This document shows, in pieces, positions 1 through 13,620 of a DNA stretch of 64,000 nt; within the stretch, counting starts at the first letter, position 1; each line of letters starts with the position of its first letter. The notes under the pieces were generated by a model. The model was not told where the DNA came from and searched no databases. It saw only the letters and a list, made by a program, of their open reading frames with translations. This DNA is from Octopus sinensis. Its lineage: Eukaryota. The translations under genes and the position numbers were made by a program. The stretch is from positions 26,846,001-26,910,000 of the forward strand of contig NC_043015.1 in NCBI RefSeq assembly GCF_006345805.1. The letters are read 5' to 3'.

Positions 1-55
1 AAAGAAGGAAACAAACTATGGCGACTGCTGTCTACCTCTGGTAAATCAAGATATA

Positions 56-1104
56 ATAATAATGTTCGTCCTTCGGGTTCGAAGATGACCATTGACATCA
101 TTTGGTGGAATTGCTGCTATGAGACCGGAGGTGGCTGGTGAGGCCAATCTAGGCAAGAAAGCCCCTCCGACAGGTGGGGCAGAAGTGGGTAGGAGCTGTG
201 CTATTGGTGCAGGTGGCTCTGGCTTTCCGCATCTGGCGTTTCTGTTCTGCTGACTGAATCCGTCTCTCTTCGGCTGTCTTTGCTCCTGTGGTGATTGCGC
301 TGCGCCAGGATGAGCGGTCGGCAGCAAGTGTCTCCCAAATCTCTGTGCCGATGGAGAAGTCTTTGAGAGAGACTATGAGACTGTCTTTGAAGCGCTTCTT
401 CTGCCCTCTGACTTTGCGTTTGCCCTGGCTGAGTTCACCGTAGAAGAGCTGTTTGGGAATGCGAGTGTCGGACATGCGGGAGACGTGGCCTGCCCATCTC
501 AGCTGGGCCTTGCGCATGATCGTGATGGTGCTAGGGAGATTTGCCTGCTTCAGAACTTCCGTGTCTGGAACTGTGTCCTGCCAGCGGATGTGAAGGAGGT
601 TCCGAAGACACCTGAGATGGAAGTGGTTAATCTGGCGCTCGTTGCCTTCGGTAAGCAGTCCACGTCTCGCACCCGTATAGTAGGGTGGTAAGCACGACTG
701 CCCGGTAGACTTTCAGCTTGGTGTTGAGGCTGATTCCTCTCCGCTCCCAGACTTTCTTTCGCAGTCTCCCAAACGCGCTGCTTGCCTTGGAGACTCTGTT
801 GATGATTTCAGAATCTATGTTGGCATTGCAGGAGAGAGTGCTGCCCAGGTAGGTGAAGTTTTCCACCGCTCGTAGGATCCGTCCGTTCACCTTTATCTGA
901 GGTTCATGGTATTGTTTGCCGGGAGCTGGCTGAAACATCACTTTGGTTTTCTTGGCATTGATGGTGAGACCGAAGTTGTCACAGGCTGATAAGAACCTGT
1001 CCATCCTGAGCTCCATCTCCTGCTCATCGATTGCGTTAAGGGCGCAGTCGTCAGCAAAGAGAAAGTCTCTGACGACTGTCTCCCTCACCTTTGTGACGGA
1101 GATA
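56..1104 (-). mobile_element. 5'-truncated RTE-clade LINE (RT C-terminal half and 3' region, frameshifted)
   Basis: Translates to RTE-type RT/thumb motifs (VRDFLFADDCAL, FGLTINAKKTKVM, YRAVVLTTLLYGCETW, QLRWAGHVSRM). Has a short (ATT)n tail. A 14-bp target-site duplication taaatcaagatata lies at 42-55 and 1105-1118. Confidence 0.93.
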
Positions 1105-1964
1105 TAAATCAAGATATAGTGGACAATAAAAGGATGAATAAATAAATAAGATTCACCCCGAGAGTACTGCGTGATGGTAGCGTCACAACGTAGCTGCATT
1201 CCAGAAACTGAAACAAGAAAGAGGAAAAACAAAGAAAGCGAATGAAAATGGCTCGAACAGCAGAATCGAAACTGTATTGGTAACATGGCGCAGCTTTACA
1301 CGGATTTCAACCAACAAAATTCAATAAACCCTAAAGCCACTAAAAGAGTAGGTAGGACTCGAACTCCTATCACAAACATTTCCAGCTTTACAGGTAACTA
1401 ACAAAAAGATTCACAGGTAACTAACAAAAAGACAAACGAAATAAGGAAAACGTAATTAACACCTTTGTGAAATTTCACTTTTCATTAACCTGTTGTAGGA
1501 ACCCACCATAACTACTCTTGTAATATATCACAATTATATTGCTCTTTTTCAATTAATATTAAATACGGTGATACTGCAGAGAAAAATAAAATACAATTGA
1601 ATATCATCGTAAATAAAAGTGTAACCGTTTAAAATTTTAATTTTAATTAGTTACGGTTTTTTAGCTTGTTTTTTTTTTAATATTATATCTGAAATTTCCT
1701 TTTCTTTATCTGGTTAACAGAAATTTTCAATTTTTGACTGTCTTACTCTGCTTTAAATATCACACTATTTCATTGGATATTTCATGACCAGCATTGGCAA
1801 CCATCTTGTATAAAGCTTTGAGCATGTTTACAGGTATTTGCCGTTTTTATTTATCTTTTTTTTTATATCTTTATAATTATACAACACACACAAACACTCG
1901 CAAATACACAACGACAGTGCCATTAACGCAATCAACCATATACATATGCATGTATATACTCATA

Positions 1965-2110
1965 TACAACAGACTTCTTTCAGTCTCTGTCCATCAATTC
2001 ACACGACTTTGGTCGACTTGTGACCATAGCAAAAGTCACCAGAGCAAGGTGTCACGCCGTGGGACTGAACCCGGAACCACGCGGTTGAGAAGGAAACGTC
2101 ATACCACACT
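1965..2110 (-). mobile_element. tRNA-derived SINE, 5' part (octopus-type)
   Basis: Minus strand has a B-box-like ggttcagtccc. Similar to the fuller copies at 27728-28390 and 60397-60769. Confidence 0.75.
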
Positions 2111-2899
2111 CATATACATGCATGTGAGTATGGCTCTACATAGCAAGGTAGGGTACAAAATAGGAAGATAGATATATTTAGGTATACAATTAACATATGT
2201 GGATTTTATACACACAATGAGAGATAAAAAAAATACATAGATGTCACAGAACATACAGTACGGCATGTAGTGAGCTTCAGAACGAATTTCTCGATTTTCA
2301 TCGAGAAAATTTCACTTTCAGTGTGAAGAAACTTTTATCTGCATCACTCTTCAAAACACTTCATCCATGCATCTTCTTCCTTTCCTGTTTTACTTCTCAT
2401 ATTTTCAGGGATATCTTATTATAATCTCTCGTTGTTTTTGTCATTGCATTCTATACTTTGTTTTTCTTTATTTTTTCCTTTATAATTTCTTCCTCGTCAC
2501 TGTCATCGTCATCATCATCGTCGTCGTCGTCGTAGGTCGTATTGGTGGGGATGGTGGTGGTGGTAGTGGTGGTGGTGATGGTGGTGGCAGTATTAGTGGT
2601 GGTGGTGGTGGTGGTGGACGATTAGTTCTAGAATCAGTTAAAGTCGATTATTACCACAACAAAATTTGTTGTAGAGGGAAAGATAGACAAATAGATATTT
2701 ATAAAGAGACAAACAAACATAGCGTAGAGAGAGAGAGAGAGAGACAGAGAGAGAGACAGAGAGACAGAGAGACAGAGAGAAAGTGAGAGACAGATAACAT
2801 GGAATACTTCTTGTAGTCTAACGGCAAAACGAGCCAAAATAGTCGAAGAATGAAAAAACATAAAACATTTTATAAATATATATGGATACGTGTTTTTAT

Positions 2900-2968
2900 A
2901 GATACATTTACTATATATACATATATATGAACATGATACACACACACGCACACACACACATATGTATA

Positions 2969-3050
<82 letters not shown>

Positions 3051-3170
3051 ATGTGTATTATATATATACATATATTTATTTTCAATATATTTAGATGATT
3101 GTATACATATATACATACATACATATATACATATATGCATATACATGCACATATATATGCATATATATAC

Positions 3171-3201
<31 letters not shown>

Positions 3202-3202
3202 C

Positions 3203-3242
<40 letters not shown>

Positions 3243-3277
3243 GATGCATAGATACATAGATACATAGATACATAGAT

Positions 3278-3337
<60 letters not shown>

Positions 3338-3340
3338 CTA
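2900..3340. repeat. Compound (TA)n/(CA)n microsatellite
   Basis: Seen directly; source of the spurious YI/CV-repeat ORFs. Confidence 0.95.
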
Positions 3341-4254
3341 ACATGGTATAATTATAAACAGGGCAAATTCGTATATGTATGTATAGCTTTCGTATGAACT
3401 GGATCACGCTATAAATTTTATGATCATCATCTGCAGCAGCAGCAACATCGTGTATTTTCTATCTTTTGTTATTGTTATTTGCATTTTTTTAAAGTTGTTT
3501 TGAATTAATTTTAGCTTCAGATTTTCCTTTTTTTTATATATTTTAGAATTGACATCGAAACAATCAAAAAATATCTCCAACCACAGAACTGTGAAAAGTA
3601 ATAAGGCAAATAATATTAATAGTAGTAGTAATAGCAGTATTAGTAAGAAGAAGAAGAAGAAGAAAAAGAACAACAACAACAACAAAAATAACAACAACAA
3701 TCGCAACAGAAATAATATTAACAAAAACTATTAGAAAGTCTAGCAACAACGTATTGACGAAAATGGAATATATGTTATCGTGAAGGCATGCACTCTGTGG
3801 TATCATCACGCAAGGTTGTTAATCTATATGTGTATATATATATATATATACAAATATACGCATGTATTTTTACATTCACACACACACACAATCACAAATA
3901 CACACAGTTGATGATGATGTTGGTAATAAGGAAAACAGCAGTAATCGCTCCGCCGAATGACAATTTCCAACCCATTCATAGAAATAGTGATGGAAGTACT
4001 ATTATTAGTTTGGTTTTTTCCGTTTTTGTTGTGGGTGAGAACATTAAGGCGTGTATGGTGGCGGGTGGTGGTGATGGTGGTGGTGGTGGTGAAGGATGTT
4101 AATGTTCATGATGCGGATGATGATGATGACGATGATGATAAGAAGAATGGGAATGTGATGATGATTTTGATGAACTTGATGATTAAAGGGATTCTGACGA
4201 GGATTTGTACAATTGGAATAACAACAACGACAATAATGCTTTCTACAAAAATCA

Positions 4255-4410
4255 CACGGCCGGAAATTTTGGGGGAGGGGACTTGTCAATTTCATCAACC
4301 TCAGTATGCAACTGGTACTTAATTTCTCAACCCCGAAAGGATGAAGGGCAAAGTTGACCTCGGTGGAATTTGAAATTAGAACGTAGAAACTGATGAGATG
4401 GTACTTAATA
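4255..4410 (-). mobile_element. SINE fragment of a second family
   Basis: Minus strand reads aattccaccgaggtcaactttgcccttcatcctttcggggttgag. A related plus-strand copy lies at ~54172-54230. Followed by (AAT)n. Confidence 0.6.
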
Positions 4411-4437
4411 ATAACAACAACAACAATAATAATAATA

Positions 4438-4490
<53 letters not shown>

Positions 4491-5819
4491 GGTAGGAAAG
4501 AACAATGAAGCAACCAGTAAACGAACTACGAAAACAACACCTTGGAAAGAATGCCAGTGGAACATAAGGGATGCAGGAGGAAAAAGCGAAGGACAAAAGC
4601 TCGACCTCTGATAGATAGAATGGTGTTGGACGATTGTACTGAAACGGTCTTCCTACATTCTATTTTGCGTGGGATACTCTTCGACGTTTCCAGTTCCCGC
4701 AGTAGTGACTATAGAATCCGTACATACAGAAGAGGCGAGGGAGGACAATCTTGAGAGACCAAGCGCTTGATACTTAATGGTTCCTATAGGTAACCATTCA
4801 CCCGTACTACCAAGCAGATGTCGCTGTACATTGCGGCAATTATAACGCGAAAGACGGGACTGAAATCGAGCAGCCATCAAATAATGGTGGTTTACACTAT
4901 CGGAGGATTCGTTTGATCCAAATTGATCAGGATTCTACCGATGCTAGATTTTTACCAACTCTTTCTATGACTAATTACATGAGGTAGAGATTGTTTTGGA
5001 AAGATCTGTTTGTGATTGAGCATCACTGATCTCACCCTCCACGTTCGTGCTATCACCTGTTCCATATTCATAGCTTTATTTCCTTCGGTTTTATATGTAA
5101 TGGCTCTTAATTTTGTTTCCAGTTGAATTAACTCGGAGACGTCTAATGCCAGTTTGCATCTGTTCATTGTGAAGAAATTTTGTCTCCATATGAATTCGTC
5201 TACGAATATTGTAATTTTTCTGACACTTGGCGAGCAGTATTTGCGAAGGCGGCGATGTAATAATGGCACTTAATGCCGTCATTCCTGTGGGGTGACGGCG
5301 GTGAGGAAATTTGCAGGCGATTTGAGAGGACAATCCAATTGTTTGTTTATGAACTCGATCTCATTTTTGTTATTGTTGTTTTCGTAGATGTTCCCTATCG
5401 ATGCTGTTGCTTTCTTTTTCCTTGGTGTTGTTGTAGTTGTTTCTGTTGGAACTGGTTGTAAAATCGATGGTGGTGAGGGTGATGATAGTGATGGTCAGTG
5501 AGAACAGTGGGAAAGTAGCGTCGAACTGATTCTTAAAATTTCATTTTCCGCACTCAGACTGTTTACCGAAAAATCCGAAACCATGTTTTGTTATTTTATA
5601 AATTGTATAAATTTTTGAAAAGGGGAGAGAGAGAGAGACAGACAGACAGAGATAGAAACACCAAATGGTTGAAATTTAACGAAACCAATGAGCTATAAAT
5701 TGCCAGTTGACTTATTAAAGATTCGGTAAAACAAAAATACAAGTAAACTTTAAAACAAGATATAACAATACCCCAGGAACTTTCGTCACACGTGATTTCC
5801 TTGCAAGTTTAACAACGGC

Positions 5820-5831
5820 AGCAGCAGTCGC

Positions 5832-5884
<53 letters not shown>

Positions 5885-5966
5885 CAGCAGCAGTAGTAGT
5901 AGTGGTGGGGGTGCTGCTGATGCTAGTGCTGGTGCCAGTGCTGGTGTTGTTGTTGTTGTGTTGTTG

Positions 5967-5998
<32 letters not shown>

Positions 5999-6200
5999 GG
6001 TCGTCGTCGTCGTCGTCGTCGTGGTGGTGGTGGTGGTGGTGGTGGTGGTGGTGGTGGTGGTTTGCGGTGTTGGTGGTTCCGAATTTTGGCACAAAGCCAG
6101 CAATTTCGGCGGAGGGGTTAAGAAAAACAACAACAGCAACAACAACAACAACAACGACAACAATAATAATAATAACAGCGACAACCACAACAACAACAAG
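5820..6200. repeat. Compound trinucleotide microsatellite (GTA/GTT/GGT/GTC/AAC)
   Basis: Seen directly. Confidence 0.95.
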
Positions 6201-6479
6201 AGAAATGACAACAATTTTGTTTTAAATGGCAAAAATATCGAAAAAGCGTCGCTGTGACTTGATTCGTAACTTCACAAAAGTCAATTTTGTCAATTGTGTC
6301 ATTGTTGATAGTTTGAAACAAGTTTCTTTTAGCAGGGAATACGTATGGCTTCAGTTTTATTTAAACAATGATGAGTTAATAGCGATTGGTTTAATAATGG
6401 CGTTGGATTCCTACTTAAAATTGAGCTGCGTTAATTTAAAGACAAAATAATAAAAAAAAAAAGAAGAAACATTAGTCTC

Positions 6480-7030
6480 GTTGGAGCCGTAGAACTGTGT
6501 TATTGAAGGTTCTCGCTCTTTGATAGCTTTCCGACTTCTTCCGGACCATGGTTTTGTCAGAAAAGATCGATATGTCTGTCAGCGAATATAGCATTTCATT
6601 CCATCCTCTGATTACCTTCTCTGGACACATTATTTTCAAAGTTTAAATATATAGATAGTGTCCACTTGGTGCAACCAACAGCAAAGTCATATTTGGGTGT
6701 CTATTCTGTATTTCTAAAGAATGAAAAAAAAGAAACGGAAATCATTTATTTTTTTATATATCTGTATATCTTTTATGTTGATTACATCAACTGCAATCGG
6801 CGTTAGACACATTATTATTATTATTATATTTCAGGTTTTATCTTCTTCACTGTGGTTGATACATTTCGCCAACGGAAAATCGATTGATTTCATTATTTGC
6901 CAGTTTATTTTTGCTTAGCTTTGATCTTGAGTAGCTATAATCAGATCTTCCATTTCTGACTTTACTTCAGAACTTTGGTTACATTCTAGAAATTCCTATT
7001 GCTTCACTTCCGCTCTGTCTAGTTTTTCAG
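6480..7030 (-). mobile_element. Heavily degraded R4/Dong-like LINE fragment
   Basis: Minus-strand peptides such as EVKSEMEDLIIATQDQS and CPEKVIRGWNE resemble LKSETEGFIIAAQDQ and the start of the endonuclease region of the copy at 8765-10452. Many stop codons. Confidence 0.45.
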
Positions 7031-7132
7031 GATGTTCACAATGGAACTTTCTCTCCAATTTACATTTATCTTCCGTTTAGCTCTGGGTTTTTTTCTGTCG
7101 CATTCTGTTGTTTTTTATTGTGTGTGTCTCTA

Positions 7133-7163
<31 letters not shown>

Positions 7164-7184
7164 TTTAGTTCTACATCTCCGTTT

Positions 7185-7325
7185 AAGAAACTTGTTTTGC
7201 AGCCACGTTGTTTCGGTTCCTGTTCCGCTGCTCGGTATCTCGGACAAGAAGTTTCTACTAGAGCTGAACAATGCCTTACGAATGAATTTGGTAGACGGAA
7301 ATAATAGGTAAGTCCGTCCTACGTA
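7185..7325 (+). mobile_element. Degenerate tRNA-derived SINE, 5' part
   Basis: Contains the family motif aatttggtagacggaaa and a diverged head. Confidence 0.6.
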
Positions 7326-7649
7326 TGTGCCTGAAGGCTGTCAGAATTTTGAATAATTCTTTATTAGCGGTTTCGTTCGTTTAACCGAAGGCTTCAGGAC
7401 AGAATTTAAAACCAAAATATTTTATTTTGGTTTTAATTTTTTTCTTGAAGATTTCGATGAATTATCCAAAATTCTGACTACCTCCCTTTTTCACAATATA
7501 TATCTGTAAACCACTTCAAACACTCTGTATATACATACATACATACATATAAACACACACTCACACACACACACACATACACACACACACACATATATAT
7601 ATATATCCGTGTGTTCGTGTGTGTTTGTGCGTGTGAATGTGTATGTATA

Positions 7650-7795
7650 TGCATGTGTGTTCGATGGTCTTCCACACAGTTTCTGTCTAAAAGATTCATT
7701 CTAAAAGATTCATTGACCCAGAGTTATAGAATACAAGTGTTAAAGCTGCCGCAGACTGGGATTGAACCCAAATACGCTGTTGCGAAACCAACGAT
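7650..7795 (-). mobile_element. Degenerate tRNA-derived SINE, 5' part
   Basis: Contains gggattgaaccc (B-box on the minus strand) and body similarity to the other copies. Confidence 0.55.
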
Positions 7796-7839
7796 AAAAC
7801 AACGCCTTTCCCTCTTTGTTTTAATTTTCGTTTCTTTTA

Positions 7840-8178
7840 TCTTTTATCTTTTACTTGTTTCAGTCATCGGACTGCGGCCAAGCTGGAGTATCACCATTTT
7901 GGATTTAGTTTGGAACCCTAATTAATCCTTATTCTATTGTCTTTCATTTGGCGAATCGCTAATTCGTAGTAAGTCTATAAACACAGTTGTCAAGGGATGG
8001 GGTGCAAACACCCCCCACACACACATAGATAGATATACCGCGGGATTCCACACAGTTTCCTTCAAGCAGATTTATTGAAAAGGCATTGTTTAGCCCGGGT
8101 TTATAGTAGAAGACATTCGCCCACGGCGCGACGCAGTGGGACTGAACATGTAACTACGTGATTGTGAAGTGACGCTCA
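7840..8178 (-). mobile_element. Degenerate near-full-length tRNA-derived SINE
   Basis: Has the tail ttttacttgtttcagtcat..gactgcggcca at the left and the head gcagtgggactgaac at the right, as in 60397-60769. Confidence 0.7.
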
Positions 8179-8709
8179 TACCTGACCCCTTTTCATTTCA
8201 TTTTCTAAATTTTCATTTCACATTCGTTCTCCATTCAAAGAAATTCATTTATTTTAAGAATTTGATATTTCCGATAAAACGGCAATACGAAATTGAGAGT
8301 GGAGAGTGAAGTGCCGTACTTGAGTGAGTTTACTGAAAAGTGAGTGAAAGTTGCGAAAATGGCAAGAGTGGATGGTACCTCTCTAAGTGTAGACCTGTGA
8401 GTCGGAGAGGGTACTTGCTCTTGGAGTTTCAGGGAAATGTCGGACACAGGGTTTCCTCAATTATCCTTAGAGGCTTTCCTGTATTATGATGGCCACATCT
8501 CTATCATCCTTCCCGCCACATTTTTTAAATATCTTTCTATTTTATGCTTTCTTTTTCAGTGTAGACCATGTATACTTCATTTCTTTCTTTCTTTTTCTTT
8601 ATCATTCAATTATATGTAAACCCCCCACACTTTATGTCTGTCTTTGTATTGTCCCCAACATCCTTCGCCCTTGTTGCAAATAAATTCCTCATCATCATCA
8701 TCATCATCA

Positions 8710-8740
<31 letters not shown>

Positions 8741-8764
8741 CATTATTATTATTGTTATTATTAT

Positions 8765-10452
8765 TCTATGTTTGACTTTTGCTTTATGTCTGTACAAGTT
8801 GGCTCCAAGTCTCACCCAGAGACCTCAAGACACAACAGGTTGGAAGTTCACGTTGTTGTTATGCCTAGTGTGCCATATATTTGGGGGTTTTTTGGTGTTG
8901 TACTAGTGAATGTCTAATACATAGATTTAAAAAAAAAAGGTTGTTTTAAACATTGGGATTACATAGAGAGTATTTTGCGTAGGATATAAGCAGTTCCCAT
9001 GAGCACTATCTTTTGAATTTCTGCCATTTTGGGGTTTCCTGGTATCTGAGTTAGGTGGCAATCAGCCCCTTTCGCTATCATTCCCAGGGCACCTATGACA
9101 ACAGGTATTGTTTTAGTCTTCAGCTTCCACATTTTGCTGATTTCTATTTCAAGATCTTTATATTTGCTCAGTTTTTGGTAGGTCTTGACAGATACGTTTA
9201 TATCGATTGGGACAGTCATATCAATGAGGAGGCATGTTCTTTGTCTGAAGTCTTTCAATATGATGTCTGGCCTATTTGCATCTAACTTTCTGTCAGTTTG
9301 AATGGTGAAGTTCCAGAGGAGTGAGATGTGGTCATTTTCAAGTACTGGAGGTGGATTGTGTTCCCACCAGGTTTTTTCATGGGGCAAATCCAGGTTTTTG
9401 CAAATTACCCAGTGAATATATCGTGCAGCTCTATCATGCCTGTTGAGGTACTCTGTAGGTGCTAGAAGACTGCATTTGGAGACAACATGATCATGGTTTC
9501 ATTTTGTTGTCGGCATACACGACATGTTGGGCTACTGCCGTTCTTTAATATGTTGGCCTGGTAGTTTCTTGTTGGTAGGCATTGATCTTGAGCTGCTATG
9601 ATAAACCCTTCTGTTTCAGATTTTAAGCCAGAGGCCATTAGCCATTGATGGGTCAGGGCTTTGTCAGTATCTGCATTATTCACTCTCTTTGGGTATTTGC
9701 CATAGAGAGGTTTTTCTTGCCATTTATTATTCAGAATATCTAAGGTCGCAGTTTTGGCACGGGTTTTCGTGCGCTTAGCTTTTTCTGTGCTTGTTTCTTG
9801 TATGTCTATCTCTAATTCCGAAATTTGTTGTATTCGGAATTCACTTAGATATTCCTTTGCCTGTTTTGTTACTGAGTATGATGCTTTCTTGTTTTCATGT
9901 TTTGCGACAAGTTTTAACATCCAGTCCTCAGACTTTTTCAGGTAGGTGTCTAGGCCAATTGTAGCAATCTTCATTGTTATTGCCAGTTGCAGAAGACCAC
10001 GGCCTCCCTCTTTTCTTGGCAGATAAAGTCGTTCTGTATCTGCCTTAGGGTGGTGCATTCTATGCTTTGTCAACAGTTTTCTTATTTTTCTGTCGAGCTG
10101 ACATATTTCAGTAATTGACCAGTTAACGATATTGAAACTGTAAGTCACGACTGGTATGGCTAATGCATTGATCGCTTCGATCCTGTTTCTTGCATTCAGC
10201 TCTGTCTTGAGTATTGCTCTCACTCTTCGATAACATTCTCTCCTGATCCTTTCCTTCATCTCTGAATGCCTTATTCCGTTCCCTTCAATTACCCCTAGGT
10301 ACTTGTAGCTCTCCGTTGGGTCTAGTTCTTTTATGACATTCTGCTGGTCAAGGTTAACGTTAGATGTTTCTGTCATTTTTCCTTTGATAAAGGTAGCTTT
10401 TGCACATTTATCGAGGCCAAATTGCATTCTGATGTCGTCACTGAATTGTTTT
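8765..10452 (-). mobile_element. 5'-truncated R4/Dong-clade non-LTR retrotransposon (RT thumb, zinc finger, restriction-like endonuclease)
   Basis: Motifs MQFGLDKCAK, ERLYLPRKEGGRGL, CRVCRQQNET, and the PD-(D/E)xK-type NRPDII..CLLIDMTVP..K..KYKDL..IPVVIGALG. One frameshift near 9480. Flanked on both sides by (ATT)n. Confidence 0.93.
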
Positions 10453-10478
10453 TATTATTATTATTATTATTAGTATTA

Positions 10479-10521
<43 letters not shown>

Positions 10522-10551
10522 GATTATTATTATTATTATTATTACTATTAC

Positions 10552-10590
<39 letters not shown>
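10453..10590. repeat. (ATT)n microsatellite at the 5' flank of the R4/Dong element; matching tract at 8688-8764
   Basis: Seen directly. Confidence 0.95.
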
Positions 10591-11288
10591 CTTAGTTTCG
10601 TTATTACCATATCACTGTTCTTGTTCGTGATGGTCGCTTCTGATAGTAACAGTGATACTCAAAGACTTCTTCACATGTGTCTTTCTCCCCACTCTCTCTC
10701 TCTCTCTCCCACTCATTTTCAATTGGTCTCTCTCCTTCTTCGTCTCTGTCTCACCAAAATACCTACGTTCTCTCTCTTTTTCTCTCTCCAACACATAAAA
10801 CTCTCTCTTCCTCCCTCCCTCCCTCATTTTCTCTACAAGTGTGATATCTCTTTCCCCATCTCCCTACCTCCTCCTTCTCTACTCCAATCCACGTTAGTTT
10901 CCCCTTGTCACTCATTCCTTCTAAATTTGTCTCATTTTCACGATATATTTCTCTCTCTCTCTTCTTCTTCTTCTTCTCTCTCTTACTCTCTCTCTCTCTC
11001 TCTCTTCTTCTTCTTCTTCTTCTTCTTCTCTCTCTTACTCTCTCTCTCTCCCTCTCTCTAACCTGTTACAACTCACTTTCTGTCTCTTTCTCCCTGTTAG
11101 TTTTTCCTTCTCTCTTTCTCTCTTTCTCTTCGCCGGAAGTATACAATGTAGCTACAACACGATTCCATGCACATGTAAAGATTACCGTTTCCGGTAAATA
11201 TTCTTCAGTCAAGTTTTGCGGCAAGATTTCGCTTCAGTTCCAAGACCAGTTGCAGCGAAAAAGCATTAGATATGCAACGCAAAAACTA

Positions 11289-11338
<50 letters not shown>

Positions 11339-11583
11339 CATTATTATTATTATTTTAAGAGAATCAGTAAAGTAGATAAAGAGGGAGAAATGGTGATGAA
11401 GGGGGTTGAAGGGGGTTGAAGGGGGTTGAAGGGGAGATATTTTATCATTTTACAACAAACAAATTTCAATTATTTAAAAATTTTATTCTGATTGGATTTC
11501 GTGCATCGCGTCTGCAGAGGCGGCTTTGTTGTTGCTGCCGTTGTTGTTGTTGCTGCTGCTACAGCTGCTGCTGCTACAGCTGC

Positions 11584-11660
<77 letters not shown>

Positions 11661-12233
11661 GTGATGATGACAATGTTGTTTATGTTGTCAATATCGGGTA
11701 TCGTGATGGTATTGGTGATGGTGGCGGTAGTCGTTGTGGAGGATTGGAACAAATGATGGAGATAGTATTGAAAGTAGCGTTGGAACAGAGGTGAGGGGAG
11801 GTGGTGAGGGTACAATCGGTGATAGTGGTATTGACAGTGGTGGTAGCGGTGGCAGTGGTGGGGGGGTCGTAGTAATTTTGGTGTTTACAGTAAGTTCAAT
11901 GTTCCATATTTAAGCAGATAGTTTCACAATGGAAACTGTTCAATAAAAGAATTCTTCAAATGATGATGGTGATAGTGACGGCGACGATGACGACGACGAC
12001 GACGACGATAACGATAATGATGATGATGATGACGACGACGATGATGAAAAATTCCATTAAGTCAATCAGAACAGAACAGAGAGGTGAGGCAGAGGGAGCG
12101 GGTGGGGCGATTGAACTTAAAATTCTATAGATTTCTATTTACAAGTGACATTATACATTAGCTGTGTGGTTTAGTTCTTTTTGTTGTTGCTGTTGTAGCT
12201 GCTGCTGCTGCTAACTACTACTACTACTACTAC

Positions 12234-12267
<34 letters not shown>

Positions 12268-12744
12268 ATTCCTAATACTAATACTACTACTACTACTACT
12301 TTAATTATTCTCAGGACCGTAACTGTTTTTGATTTTTTTCTTCGAAAACAACAACAGCATTTTCACAATTACCACAACCAGTATCACCACTACATTTACC
12401 ATCACTACTACCACCACCCACATCATCATCATCATCAACATCATCATCAGCCTTCCTTTCATCCTTGCGTGGCACTTTATTCTCCATTCCAGGGAAGAAT
12501 TTAAGATCTGCAGTTATGCACCCACACAGATACATACATACACGCACACACGCACACTCACTCAAACATATACGCACATACACGCACTCACACACATATG
12601 TATGTATATATATTATGAAGGTCTCCATTTTATACAGGATGCGTAAGATATTTGAGGACAGTTTTATGTTTATAAAAAAACAGATATATAATAACAGATA
12701 ATAACTTGATTTATCAAAAAAATGCTATGAAGATAAAAATAAAC

Positions 12745-13620
12745 CTTCTTTTCTATAATGTTATTCAATAAAGCCACCTTCAGCTTCAATTACTGCTTCT
12801 TTATGAGATCTAAATCATGTACATGCTCGAATCAAACTGGTCCTGGTTCATTTTGAACATTACTCTGACTATGGCAGCTTTCAAAGTATCTTTGGTGTTA
12901 TGGGGCGTTCATTGACCTCTCTCTCAACAACGCTCCACATGTAATAGTCCAAAGGATTGACATCTGATGAATTTGGAAGCCAAATGTTAGGGGTTATGTG
13001 ATCATAAAAAAATTTTCAGCCGTCCATTTCTGTGTTACTGGAGCCATGTGTGACAGTGCAGAGTCTTACTGAAACACATATAGCCTTCCATTGCATACAC
13101 TGTCTATCCAGGGCTTAACAATTATTTCCAGTACCTCAATGTAGGCGGCAGGGTTAACTCTAGGGCCTTGTGGAAAGAAGTAAGGAAGCATTACATGTCC
13201 TTCATTGCTGACAACCACTAAAACCATGCAGGAAATTTTTGTATCCATAACACTTGGAACTTCAGAAGGGTCTGCACATAACCATCTGTCATTTCTTCTG
13301 TTAACTTTTTGATCGTGGTCGAAGATTTTTTCGTTTGAGAAAAACTAAATCAAATCTGCTGGATTTTTCATTTCGTTTAAGAACCTTTTAGATCCGATGT
13401 AGTGATTTCCTTTTGCTTTTTCTGACAAAATGACCTTCCCTCATCATATAAAATTTATATCTGATATCCTCTTGGACAACATTTCTGACTGTTCCTTCTG
13501 AACATGGAGATCTTTTGCATCCAACGTGACAAGTCCTTCGTGACAGTCTTCCTAATGTGTAGAACTGAGGGCATAGTGATGATATAGGGGAAAATTCTTA
13601 AGAAATCGCCATCCACGCAT
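12745..13620 (-). mobile_element. Degraded Tc1/mariner-superfamily transposase, maT (DD37D)-like
   Basis: Minus strand gives VSEGTVRNVVQEDIRY, F.NEK.FDHDQKVNRRNDRW, VVSNEGHVMLPYFF..YIEVLEIIVKPWI..YVFQ*DSA and WLPNSSDVNPLDYYMWSVVERE, with stops and frameshifts. Confidence 0.8.

Noticed and set aside
2367-3407. Many poly-YI/CV/LS/I ORFs here and throughout the window
   Set aside because: They are stop-free reading frames through microsatellites.
4500-5333. Unique-looking sequence with 70-105-aa ORFs on both strands
   Set aside because: The best minus-strand frame has repeated stops, splice signals are poor and there is no recognisable motif.
11175-11215. Minus-strand CTGAAGA...GAAACGGTA hammerhead-like string
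   Set aside because: Helices I and II cannot pair.
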